A stretch of DNA of 55,307 nucleotides, filler included, from Trypethelium eluteriae (GCA_051942245.1; 4 parts of 4 records of this genome joined end to end with filler, not necessarily neighbours in it); one strand, 5' to 3'. Counted from the first letter of the whole stretch, positions 13,875-27,200 are shown. Notes: a model not told the origin generated them from the letters alone. Translations and numbers: made by a program.

Positions 13875-16800
13875 AGGTTGTTGGGGAGGGCGAGAGCGCT
13901 ACTGCGGAGGTGAGGGGGGAGAAGAGAGCAAGAGGTAGGCCGAAGGGTTCGGGTGCAAGATAGAAGGCGGGCAAGAGCACTTGCTGTTATCAGAGCGACG
14001 GAGGCGACCTCTGAGACTTTGAAAAAGGGTAAGGAGAGCCCGTCTGAGACTGCAAGCGAGGTGGATGCTGATCCAGTACTAAGTGGATGAGAGGATTAGG
14101 GTCAAAAATACGAGTCCTTTTCAAGAATAGGTCGGCGTATACTGGATGGAGAGGCTAATGTGTAAAATTTCTTTATGCTTCAGGGAAGACACTAACTTGA
14201 TCTAATATTACCCTCAGCAGTTTCCAGAGAGTACGAAATGTGGCGGAAGTGATGAATGCTGTGGAGAGCGCTGAATCCAGAATCCTCGGAACACGAGCTT
14301 CTACGAGAAACATGTGAGATTTGCTTCCACTGGAGATTATCTGCAGAATTATATATCCTCGTGTTGCCTAGGGGGTTGATGCTTTCTATGGCACTGTGCT
14401 GTACAAGTTCTAGGACAGAGCAATTTATGCCGAAGCACCATCCACATCCTCCAACCATTACAGGTCATCCTAGTTACGTAGGCATCGATACTGGACAGAC
14501 TCACGAATACCAAGATTGGTGTTGACTCATTCGAGAAACATCCTACCTGGTTTTAGAGACGATGAAGCAGCCTTCTATGCTTTTTGTTTTCACACTCTTT
14601 TCGCGATTCTCGAAAGTCGTGGTCGAATTTTCTTTCCCTAGCTTCTAACCCACTCTCTGCATCTTCCGGAACTGTGCATTCCTTCGTCGGAGCCTGGTCG
14701 GTTTTCATTCTTTGGATTCTTGCTCTCGACAGTAGTCTCACACAACACTATAAATAAACCTTAACTTGAGGAGGGCCCATGCGGTGCTATCGGCGAAGTG
14801 TAAATTTCAGAGGCTTAGATACTACGTTTCAGTTGTTTCATTTCCAAATGCCGAAGCACGCCGACTCAGACCGGATACTATACGTCTTCTCGATGAGGCC
14901 AGATAGACGGCGGGGTTATGAAGCAGATCTAATGCGTCTGCCTACTCAGGATATTGATGTATGCGATCGGGCACGAGGTCTAAGAGACAGAGGAAACCTA
15001 CTGATAACTTTTCAGAAAATATGCATCTCGGGACAGATTAAGATGAGGAGGGGGGAGAAAGGGCTTCAGTCAGATACTGTATACGAAACGTCTCTTCTAG
15101 CCTTGTGAGTAGTGCTGCAGGTGAAGTAGAGTATACTGTAAATCAAAGATCTCTACTGCTTAACCAACAAAGCTCGAGTGCGAACGAAAACATGTCCGCC
15201 ATTGTAGTAGATTCTACACTATTTGACGCGACCTATGCACGGTTAAGACTCCACGCCAATAGTGATGCACGCAATTTTTTCCTTGAGGAATTCTCACCAG
15301 CACCAATTCGGAATGCACTTTCGCCTACCTCCGCTCATTGCTACGTCCTTTCGAGTCGGCATGATCTGAACGTCATCCAGGCCGCCGATGCAACTCCCCT
15401 CGCACTTCGTGATCCTGACTCAACCTTCCTGTAACCCGTTAGATTAGTGAGCAGCCCTACGGCGTCACCTCTGCTTCGGCAGATGCCAAGATGGTGTGGT
15501 GGAGAAGTTACAGGGAGGTGGGGGTCCAGTCCCTCTTGACGCTACAGCATGTTTGGGGGTAAGACGGAACATAGCACTGATGTTGTCCTCCGTAGCTCGA
15601 ACTAATTGCCAAACCGGAATATGGTATATGGAGACTCCGGGGAGGTCGGAGTATTCGGGCCGAAGGGAAATTTGGGAGGTGTGGAGCAAATGCAGATGGT
15701 TGGATCAGATGGAGAGATAGTGAAGTGGAGCTTGTTTGGCTTGACCTAAATCAAGGCCTATTATCCATAGTGTAGACTCTATACGTCCCTATAATTCCGT
15801 AGCGATTCACTTTCGACTCTCAATCTGTGCTTAGTTCTTTTTTTTTTCCAGACTGAGTAATGCTGATAAACTTACCACGTGAGACGGAGGTGTGAAGTCG
15901 ACACGGCTGGACGAAAGTTTAGAGCAATGCCACTGTTTCCTTTACAGGATTCACATTGTAGCTCATTCTGCAACCATGCTTATGTGCAGTGTATGTTGTA
16001 CCGTAAAAAATTCCTCAGTACTCCGTACAAATGATTGAGCTGGTAACTCTTCAAGGTCGCCGTTAAGGACTCTCAGGACATGGTTCGAGACACGTCACTT
16101 ACGTTGAATAATGATCGCTTAATGGCACAGATTGTTGCTAGAATGATTGGTATACATGTCTAGAATCCAGTCGGAGGTTTAAGGCTTAACGTTTTCTTCG
16201 GAAACGATTGCCATTGATGGCCCATAAAGCGCCGTACAGTGAGCCCTTAGAGAAGAAGTAGTTAGTCTCCACTTAACAAGAGAAAGTACCGGCATGCTGA
16301 GAAAATTTGCGGTCCTTACTTTGCTGCAATTCCTTGGGTAGATCAATCTGTGCGGCTTGAATATCTCCATGCAAGGAAGCGGGAGACATCGGCTACAGGA
16401 ACCTACTGTATTCTGAGATTTTTGCGACGACCAGTGAAAAGCAGGGATTCGCTTTTCGGTAGAAATTTCCCATTCTGGACTATTGCCTAAAATGACTATT
16501 TTACCCAGGCTAGACGTATTGGTATCGACATGCTGCGTAAATGTACGTCTCCCATGTTGGATCCTACTTTTCCGACGTAAGTGGCTTGGCAAGGGCTGTT
16601 TTCTCGTCCGTCGTCGCTTACATTCTGAAGAGAGCACGTAATCTTTTCGTTGGATCAGTGTGTTACAAGGCGGAATATTCCGTTCATTCATCAACACCGA
16701 TGAGTTGTTCTTGGAGAATGCGCACGCGATCCGATCGCACTGGGGATTTTTAAGTAGCCACTGCACACCTATGCCAGTCCAGGCGAGTGATAAAAACACC

Positions 16801-18262
16801 TCTCTCTATATTCTGGATATAGAGTACAAGGGCGTAACCCCAAAGGGCAGCTGCAGGTCACCGGTTACACTTCAGCCTCACTAGCACCAACCGCATTGGC
16901 ACTCCGGATGCTCGCATTAAATGCAGTTTCGAGAAGCGAAGAAAAAACAAAGATAAAATAAGAAAATTTGCCTGCACATCGTCAGCCGTTAATTGTACGC
17001 AGATCATCTAGTCCTCGAGAATGCCAGTGGACTAGTACGGTCACGGGGGCGCGCTTATGCAGGTACTCGGGTACTCAGGTACCTCAACTCATCGAACGAT
17101 GAGCGGAATTGGGCACCACCGATGAGCAGGGCGTTGTTTAGGCCTGCGGAGCGGACCCGAGGTTGGTCTTTACGAGGTCTAGACTATACGTGAAGCTTCG
17201 CTTTTGGAGATGAACGGCTGTCTCCGGGTGACTGCTGGAAAAGAAGTGCAAGATTGACTATGCAGGTACTCTGTCCCGAACCGTTGGACCGTTGGAAGAA
17301 TGGGCGAGGTGGAAGGAATAGAGAAGTAGGGTAAGCTTCGTAGGACGAGACAGGACCAACGCGAGCGCGAGCATGAAGCCGTACAAGCGTAGTCAGGGAT
17401 GTAGGACAAACAGCAAATCCAAAGCTATTCGGTGATTGTGTATAGGAGGGTAGACGGGTTAGGAGCTGCAAAAAAAAGTGGTTGAAGTGTAGGTAGATTA
17501 GATATTAGGTAAGCTACTATTTCCGCGTAATGGCCGCGTGCTCGGCACGCTTAAGACCCCACGAAACTCGCATCGGAAAGTGGTGCTGTAAGAAAATAGT
17601 GTAAGCCCCAAGCCGAGTAATTGGTCTACTCTGATCGCCGAATCTAAAATAGTTGCTGTGAAATACTATGAGGACAAGTCATGAAGATGAAAGATAGGAA
17701 TACATGTCCTCGATGAATCTAATTCCCGACCCTTGCGCCGAGCTGATGACCCTTGCTTCTTTATCCTGTCACATCTGCTGCTCTCCGGCTAGGGTGTTGT
17801 CCAACAATGTACGCCCGAGTCCGTGCCGTAAGTACCCCGTAAATGCTCTGAACTCTGTCGAGAAGGACCCGTGTAAACGCCCATGACATTATGCCATACG
17901 ATCGCAACATCTCCTAGACCAGACAAGCGTGGCTCGTGGAGAAAAGTATCTGGTGGGTAGTAAGGGTGGAAAATGCAAATAGTAGAATACGAGATACAAG
18001 ACGTTCATAAGCTCCAAAGCAAAAAAGTCCCAAAACAGTGGTATATTGCGCCAGCCAAATCTCTCGCGAGAACAATGCGCCAATCTAGCCAACACACCGC
18101 TCGCAATGCAACATATTCGTAAACAGAAGGCATGTAAAAGGAGATCTGAAGTAAGATGCAGGGTGGTAATCTATACAGGGTATCGCTGGTGCAAAAACTC
18201 GCTGGTGCATCGCCATTCTGACCCTGAGAGAAAGGCTCAGATGAGACGTCAAGGAAGCAAAT

Positions 18263-18282
18263 AGAGAGAGAGAGAGAGAGAG
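18263..18282. repeat. (AG)10 microsatellite downstream of medA
   Basis: Perfect AG dinucleotide run seen directly. Confidence 0.9.
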
Positions 18283-18866
18283 ATGAGAGTCCAGACGGGA
18301 GTCCAGACAAGATCAGATGGAAACGTTTGATCGACCTTGTGTTCGCAAGGTTCGGGCTGCGCCCATTCTGTCTTGCGTCATTTGTCTCCGCAAGCGAGGA
18401 AAGGCAACGGAAAGTTTGGCAGGTGGCACATATGCACTGCCATAGTGAAGCCCGATGCCGTTGGATGCTGTGTTCATTACTGAAGTGGAAAATGGATGGA
18501 AAAAGAAGAAAAAGGTATGGAAGGCGTGGCCAGTTGGTGGTGGAGATCAGAGTGGGGTGAGTCGTGGTCGCGGTCTTGTTGTTTGCGCGGCTGCCTAAGC
18601 TTCCCGCAATCTTCTGCTTCGGTGCTTCGGTTTCGGTCATGGTTCTTCTTGCCTCTGCGGTGGCGGCGCACAGAGTGGGGGCCCAGGCTCGCAATGGCAG
18701 CGAGGCGCTAGTCCCAGGATGACCTAGTGCGGCCTCGCCCGCATGACCACGGTTAAACCTATCATCTGAGTACTCCCACCCGCACCTCACTACCTCTCTT
18801 GCACTCGCCTCCCATTTTACCCTCTTCTCCTGGAGCTTGATTCGCCTCTGGAATGGAAGCCTGCCC

Positions 18867-21272
18867 TCACACGCCCGGTGAACCGTGATATCCTGTCATC
18901 CTGTGATACCCCGTGCTTTGCGCCGGTTCCCCCGGCGTTGCCGCCGGTCTGCTGCCCTGACTTGGCATGCTCGACGCCACGCTGCCGTCGTATTGCTGCT
19001 GTAGCGCTTGTGCCGCCCCGCCAGGCGTCGCGGTGACGGGGCTTGGGTCCATGTAGCCCGTCAGATCCCACGAGGGTCGCCCCGTTGAACCAAGGAAATG
19101 AGAGTAGACCACCGACGACTGCCGGGATGGGGGTTGTTGCTGGGGCTGGGGCTGGTGCTGGTGCTGGAACGCTTGCTGCTGCATTTGCATCTCGTACGTC
19201 GACTGTTCTTGCCCCGATGCAGTGTCGAGATGAGAGGGAACCATACTTCCGATCCCGGCTCGGAAGTCGGCTGGCACGGCGGGATGAAGTTGTGTTTCTG
19301 CCGGTCCAGCTGATGTGCCAATAGTGGGCATACTAGACGCGTAACCATGTGATGCAGATCTGCTCCGAGGAGATACGGAGAGAGTTCCGGTCCCAAGGCC
19401 GCTTGAGCCTGAGCTACTCCCGTAACCGCGACCGGCGGCAGGGGGAAGTGCACCAGCTGTCGAGGAGTAACTAGCGGACTGTAATACAGTGTCAGCTGCG
19501 TCGACAAAGTCAGGGGGTAATCCACGGACATATTTGCCAATTATCTTCTTGAGAGCATGGGCGAGGATTCTCCATGGGAACACCTTGACATCCTTCTCTA
19601 TATTCCTTGGCTTAGGGTTTGGGAACCCCATAATGATCTTGAAGAATTCCTCGCTGTCCTGTTTAGCCTTCGACACCGTGGCAGGACGAAACCCTTCAAG
19701 GTTACGCCGTATTCGATTCTTCTCTTCCACCGTGAATCTCACCCCAACGAGCGACTCCAGTAGGTAGATGGTGTCGACGCTTGTAACGAAGCATTCCTGT
19801 TTTTCCTCCCACCAGATGCAACTGATGCAGATGCTATTTGCTGCACGCTCCTCCAAAGTCACCGGTTGGAAAGACGTATGAATGACGCTACCGTTCTGCT
19901 TGCGTGTGAACTGTACCAGCCGTCTGCTCGCTTCCCACTCCTCTTCTGTCCAGTCGTCGCTCATCTTGTCCAGATCACCCTCAATCTTCAATACCGCCTT
20001 GGAATTGGAAGGGTACATGGCATACGGATTGAATCCCTGCGTTGTTAGTGATCCTTGCAGGGATGTTGATGGCGACGGTTGGAGCGTCGATGTGCGGATC
20101 AGCGGTGGATTTGCAGAACCCGAAGTTGGCTCAGGCCTCCGCGAACTGGACGGAGTCGTTGGTATTGACGCTGTGCGTCCCGTTCTGATAGTTCCTGGCG
20201 TATAAGAGCCATTTGATGTGGATATTGATGGTGTCTGCGTCTCTGTTACGCCATGCGATACATCGCTAGTGGGATACTGCGGTAACTGCTGCGAGGATCG
20301 GAGTTGGAGCTGCTGCTGTTGGGGCCGCACAAAGTTGCCGGTGTAGCTATAGGGCGCTGGAGCTCCAGGAGTGACAAAAGGCGAAGAGGATGAGGCTGAG
20401 CTGGGAGTGCCCTCGTATGCACCAGAACCTTCCCTCGCCCGAGTGCGAAGCTGCTGTGTAGATGGTCGCTTTGCAGGTGATCGGTGAGATGCTCCAGCTT
20501 CTGGAGATACCTTGCGTTTTCGAGCAAGAGCAGGTGAGGTGTTGTACGTCTGATAGCTCTCCGCGTTGCTGTAGGAAATGCTTCCAGCCTCGAGGGTGAA
20601 ACGCCTCCCAGCGTGATCCCACATTTCCAAGCTCAGCGGCACTTCGGGGCTCGACCATGCCGTATTTTGAAAACTTGGCGCGTCAGCAACTATAGAGAAG
20701 GTATGGAGAGGATCGGGTCCTTCTAGACTGGAAATGCTGGCAGAAAGACTCTGGTTTCCCAGCATCACCGTGAAGAGAAAGCGGGGAGGTGCTAGAAGAT
20801 CAGATCGAGATTGAATTTGAATATAGATTTGCGATCCAGGGGAGTATGTAGGTGGTCCACATAAGGTAATTTCGGGCATTCGTTGGGCTTGGCGGTCAAT
20901 TAAAGGGAATTCAGAGGCTTGGTAGCCCGATACGTCACGCGCTGCCTCATAATAGTGCTGGACCGGGATGAATGGCAACTGTTCGGCGCTCAGTGTACCA
21001 TGCGGTACCTGCGCCTGCGAGCCTGCGTACTGTAGGCCTGTAGGGGCGTGCGCAAGTGCGTCGTAATTTTGCTGCTGATCTGATCTGGTGGCGGCATAAC
21101 CTAAGACGAGCGTGGTCAGCCAAACAACACCACTCGCGTCTCACGTGTGGGTGGCTTTGAATACAACTGAATCATCATAGCCGACACAATGCCCGAAATG
21201 TCCCACGCATGTAAAGACTGGTTAACACATACCATAGATGAATGGTTCTTGCGATTTTTCGTAGCCGGACAT
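18867..21272 (-). CDS. medA: Developmental transcriptional regulator Medusa (MedA/ACR1/ACON-3 family); first in-frame ATG at 21272, possible upstream CUG start at 21523
   Basis: Conserved MedA core NPPLIRTSTL..FNPYAMY..KAVLKIEGDLDKM..W..EE..SRRLVQF..CISCIWWEEKQECFVTSVDTIYLLE..RFTVEEKNRIRRNLEGFRP..FFKIIMGFPNPKPRNIEKDVKVFPW; introns 21232-21101 and 19529-19479. Confidence 0.92.
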
Positions 21273-24200
21273 GGACAGAATGTTCGGTGGTATTGCGCCC
21301 ACACCTACGAGGCCGCAGTCGTAGTCGCGTTCTCCAGGACGCAAGACCACGGCCTCAGGTAGAGCTTTATCGTCGTCTAATATAAACGGCTCCCTGAAAC
21401 TGCGCTTCTATCGAAGTTTGATAGTCATCAGTCAGCTTGCTGCCAGATATTAAGCCGATACTGCTGCGTGGAGCACGATTTGGGCCAAAATACCTTCACC
21501 TCCCCGTTTTCAAGTATGGCCAGCTTGTCGTTATGATGCTCTGGCGCTCCTCAAATCTAATTCCTGTATCAATCATCCCCTCTCCTCAAGTCCTTGTCCT
21601 GCGGACGCGGCCGGTCTCCGTATCTCAAAGAAGTCTGAGCAAGAAATGCGAGGCTCCTTCAAGTCAAACATCGAGGTCTGGGTGGATATAAGTCTGGGGT
21701 GCTCGCCGCCAATTCTCGGCCAGGGAAATCTCCGCGGCTGCGGAGCCGGTTTCGAGCTTGATATGACAGCGGAATGGTTTCCAGCAGATCTTGCCCAGTT
21801 CGCATGAATCGAGAGCCTGTCCGTCAAAATCCAAGGGCCTGGAATCGCGCTAAAGCGGGTTGCCGCTCCCAAATATCAACAAGTCTCGGGAGGCCCGGCA
21901 GCACTTCAGCACATCGATCTTGAGAAAGGGCTACCAGGGCGAGTGAGGCCTCGTTCTCATCAATCAAAAGTGGGTCTTTGTCTGCGCCCGGGTCGCTGTT
22001 CCCGTGATGAAAGGGAAAGGGATTGAAGCCAACGGAATTTTGCGATGGAAGTTTTGGCAAAGAATGTTGTCCACACGACCTAGACAGTGCGAATAGTCAA
22101 TGATACATTGCTTAAGGAGTATGATAGGGTCGAAAGATAGGGATTGGTTGTCGAGCGCAAGCAGAGGTTGGAGGAGATGCAAGGAGGAGATGGTGTGGAG
22201 GTTTGCGTCACCCACCACTCACCTGAAGTGATGGATTGCCAGTTTGGGCGACAGTCAGCCAGATCTTGACCAGTCACACTCCTCCCGGGCTCGCAAAGAG
22301 CTCCGCCAGGTGGCTGTCGAAAGCCCAAAAAGCCTGACAACAGGTGCCGGGACCGTTTCCAGTATTAAGGACAGCAGGTCTTAATGCGCTTCTAAGGTCA
22401 TCACAGTTCGTCCCGTGCGCCCTGAGGCTGACCCAGCGCGCTTAAGGATGTTGTTTGAACGTTGCTAAAGCTGGGAACTAGCTTAGCCACTGGTGGTCAA
22501 GAATGTCCTGCAGCATGCAGTATCTGCCTAACGGGCTGAGGCGGTGTTCGGTTGGAGCCGTGGAGGCTGAAAAGCATGCACCGGCGGGAATAAATTCCTT
22601 GCTGATAATACTATTCAAACCCAAGTGAGGCTGTCACTTGTGAACCACGAGAGATACTTAAGCCAATGCCGCCCGAGCAGGTTCGCGAGGATGGAGCTTT
22701 GCACAGTGCAATGATGACTGGCACCGGACGAGGAACGGATAAAGGCAGGCGATGTTTCGAGCACCAGACGTAAGCAGTACGATGTGCATGAGACTTTGGA
22801 AGAAGCAGGGGCAGCAACCACAGTAACGCAGTCTGAGGGCCTGTGAGGAAGAAAAGATTATGTAGAACGGGCTGCAAAGCAGGGTCCCTAACATGCCGCT
22901 CTAAATAATCTGCATTAAGAATAGGATGAGGGTCGGGTGAGATGGGCCTGGCCGTAAATGGCAAGCACAGCCAGTCAGCTTTTCAAATCAAACGAAGTCA
23001 ACAACATGCGAACAATGGCGGGCCGGCCAATAGACGAGGCTGGCCCTCTCGATATTTTACCCATCTCGCTGGAGGGCATTGTAGCGCGACCCGGAGTGGA
23101 GGACTTGTGAGCTGGTGGCGGTATGAGTGCCAGGTGGAAGGCCAAGGCGGGCGCAGCTGGCGAGCGCAGGCATAGAGGCAGACAGTCTTTTGGGGCAAAG
23201 AGTGGTGCAGAGCAGTGCACCTGTTGGGGGTGAGATGAGCGATGACGGTCGTCGCACACCTCAGCGTCTATTCTAGGGTCGAGCGAAGTGCAGACCATCA
23301 GCGACCCCCTGTTGGGTACCTAGATGGGCCAGCACCCTGGGAGCAACCTTAAATGCAGCAGGCCACCAGAGCCCAGCATGGCTAGGTAGATACTCGGTAC
23401 CTTGCGGCGGCTCAGGTGCAGTGTGCAAGGTACGGGGTATGTGCTCTGTACAGCATCAGGGCGTCGTGCTCTCCTTCTGGCAGGCCTCACGATCTCAGAC
23501 GTCCGACCTCAGGATGGCTGCTCGTCCGTCATCTCCGCGCTGGGGCAGGCCACAAAAAAGCTACCTGGGTATGACGGGACTTGGGTGGCTCTCAACGGCC
23601 GACCGCGTTCGTACTCCGCGTACCACAAGCCCCTTGGCCTGCATCTTTGACCGGCCACTACAAACGAGCGAGCCAGCTGAAAACGCTAGGGAGGGCCCGG
23701 CCAGGGCGATCGAGGGAGACAGCTCGGGGAGAGGGTCTACTTAGGCATCGCGCATCGAGATTTGGCAATGGCGATGAGACCGAAACAAAGACGGGGGGGA
23801 GCACTCGAACGAAGTGCCCTTGCCTCGTCGATTGCTGCCCAACCCTTTCATCACAGTTGGGTCCTCCACCGCGGCCGAGCCCTGTGGTTCTCTGGTCGGG
23901 CGCACCCGCGGACCAGGAAATCCAGATGGCGAAATCACGACGATGGTCGATGGTGAAAGACGTTGGAGAAGGACCCGCGGCGGCGGGCTACGGGGGGAAA
24001 AGAGGCCAGCAGCGACCCCTTGCAGCGGACTACTATTCATAGAAAGAGGACGAAGAGGTGTGGATGGAGGCTGACGAGGGCAAGAGCGAGGGCCGAGCGG
24101 CGACCGGGGGGGAAGAAGCCCCACAGATCTCCAAAACTTCCGCATCGGGCAGCCAGCGTCGATCGCACCCGAAGACGGCTGCGACTTCCTCATGATTCGC

Positions 24201-27200
24201 CTGTTCGCGCCCAAAACTGGCCTTCAGTACTGGAGCCACTGCTGCTTCAGGCCAAATACCACTCCTCTTGCGAAATCTAATTATCATGGGTTCATGCCTA
24301 GGGCTTCCTGATGCTGAAGATGATGATGCAATCTGGGGGAAAATCCCACTGATGACTCAATCGCCGACTAGTCAGCGTAGTACTCCGTAATGACCACCAC
24401 GTCCACCGACGTCCTTGTCTTCCTGTTGTCGGCTAGATTGCACTGCCAGAAGTGTGACGTAATGTCCTGTGCGGGTACGCTTTGTCAAGAACGGGTATTG
24501 CTTCTACTACGGACTGCCACTGCGCATGATTCTTGCCTGAAAGAATACGAATTGTAGCGCGGCATGGCTCGCTTAGTCACTGCCCCAGCTCTCATGTAAG
24601 AAGGGCGCCTTAGAGATGAAGGATGCTCTGCGACGGGGTTGAACCACAAGCCGCAGAGAGATGCATGGAAGTAATGCGGAATTTGGAAGAGATGAACATC
24701 ATGGGCGTACCTGACCACTTAAATGACTTAATTACACCTAGGTACCGTACCCTGACGGGCGGGATGGCCGTTAAAAAAGCCTGGAAGCAGCCACCGGAAT
24801 GTCCTATCTAGTGGAAGAACTCAATGAACTGTTGCCAATTCCCGCATTGATGCAGTCGCATTCGCTGAAGCCAGCGTTTGAGCCACGCATGTTGGAGTTG
24901 AGAGTCGATGCAAGTCATCCATCACGGTCGCGTATTATTCTCCCTTCGGTGCCTTCAGCCTCAACCGTTCATCGGGCCAATCTGCTCCGTTCGACCTACA
25001 TGACGACACCGCACGGCCGGTATGTAATTTTTCTCCTATCACCACTCCAAATCCCGACAGCTTGGGTTCTGTTTCCATACTAAACTACCCTACTGATACG
25101 AGCCGTTTGTTAAAAGGGCCGGATCGCATGTTCAAGCTTCTTTTCGAGTGGCGGTATCGTCGGTAGAGCAGGGCGCCTCGATGATTGGACAAGCTCTCTA
25201 GCTGAATTAATTTCTTCACCGTCTTCGCGCCACAAACTTTGTCAGGATGGACCAAACAGCATTTGTACCGGCGACTTAACAGTCAGCGCTCACAGACATG
25301 CAGCCGCACCCCAAAACTCTCAAGTCTGGTCGTGCAGCTGCCCGTAACTGGATAGAGTCTTGTTGTCACAGTACCTGACTACACCGAGTTCCCATTGCTC
25401 TTTCTAACTCGCTGTCTCCACCTAGCCGCACCATTGTTGACCGCTCCCTCGGTTTCCCGACACCAAATGGCTAGCCACAATCTCGCGCATTGTGCTCCTG
25501 TTACTATCAAACCCAGCTGAATCTCGCCTGAGATGAAAACCCCTGAGGCAGCCGTGCGTCGCCCTTCGGATCGTCTTAAGCCACGGCCACCGGGGTAGGA
25601 GAGATTATTCACCTATGTACAATGTCACGCATTGTGTGTCCTGCGTCCTGGAGACGGCCCGTGAAAATCAGCCGGGCTGTAAACCTCGTCTGAGCAGCAT
25701 CCCACTCTTTATGCTTGGCGAACCACTATTCACGGTGCTGCTGAGCGCGCACTTCGACGGATTACGCGTCGATCTGTCTGAGTGTTGGATTGTACTCCAG
25801 GTCTGCCGCACAAGGGCTTACTCTCCACGTTGTTGTAGCACGCCATTTACCGACGGAACTCGACAGCCGTAGGACAATGATTTTCTAGAAATATTATATA
25901 GTAATTTTCAGTCACGTAAGAGGTCCTCGAATCTCTGCCGGTCAGGCGCGTACAAGACGGTTCGTACTTTCCGCTTGGTCATAGACATACAACCAATTGA
26001 ATGTCACTGGGGTTATAGAGCTCTTTCCCATACTCTCTTCAATCATAAAGTCTGAACAATCATCAGTAGCCTTTTGATTCCACTCGTAAGTAGGTCTCAT
26101 CGTGCTTGCAGGAGCTCGCCCTGCTAGAGTATGGTGGCTCCTGCAGCTATCTGAGAGATGCATTTTATGGCATATGGGAGTCCTGAACGCTTTGCTTCCT
26201 TTTTCTCTTCTTGCTTTGCTTCTTCATTCTGCATGGATCTTACTGCTCCTATATTGAGCAAGAATCTATCATTTGACAAAATGGCTTTAGTGAACACCGG
26301 TACACTAGTACCTGCATGGGTTTCCCTTTTATCCACACAATTCTTCAAGTTCTTCATTTAACCGATGAGATAGCTAGGCCGTTAGCATCGGACCAGCTAC
26401 TGCCGGAAGTCCGCGTGGCTGGCTTCGCTGCTGCTGAGCTCATTTCACGATACGCCAATATTCGATTAGGCTCACCTCGTCACTCCTAATGTCAGCTTAC
26501 CACTCTTGCCAATAATGGTTTAACTCTACGGAATCGTACATCCATTGTTCGCCTACTATAATGCTTCCCCAGTCCTCCGGTAAGAACGGAATTGGAATCC
26601 ACCTCGTCATCACCCATCCTTCATAATTTCCCGTTGGGTGTTTTGAGAGCAACGGAACTCGGTGGGTTTCCAAAACACAAACCCCAGCTTACGCTATCAT
26701 TCAAATTATTCACGAGATTGGATGAAACTACCCCGTAATTACTGGGTGGTGCTTTTTTTTAATCCAACCATCAATGATTGAAATCCATTTCGGAGCTCTA
26801 ATAAAAATACTTTTTGGCGTATGATCAAGCAGAGCTATGGAGTTGAATAAAGAATATACCATGCACTCAGAACATTACAGAGTTGAATTCTACATCTGCC
26901 GAGAGGTCTGTGTCCTGCGAGCCGTTCCGCTCGACTTGCTTGTACAGTTGCTCCGTTCTCAATACCTCAAGACGGATGTCTGTAACGATGACCCTTTGAG
27001 CATTGAAAGGCTTCTTCTACTATCACAATTTTGAAGTAGCATAAGGACAGGGCATGTAAATAACAAACGTCTTTCCAAGACAATCATTGGTATGTCGTTA
27101 TCCAAGATGAGCAGTGGAAAATATGGGCATTCGGGCAGAAGTCACTGCAAAATTTGGCTGCGATAAATATTTCTTGAGCATCTTCCCATACTCAAATGAA

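Noticed and set aside
16179..16799. 206-aa minus-strand ORF and nearby short ORFs (e.g. 15105-15434)
   Set aside because: No recognisable motifs or consistent exon structure; cannot be supported as genes without homology or expression data.
18005..18790. 261-aa ORF directly downstream of medA
   Set aside because: GTG start, no recognisable domain, runs through a microsatellite and CT-rich tracts; looks like 3' UTR.
26620..26780. Short inverted repeats followed by a T8 run, resembling a Pol III RNA or terminator
   Set aside because: Stems are short and imperfect, with no tRNA cloverleaf, A/B boxes or known ncRNA motif.
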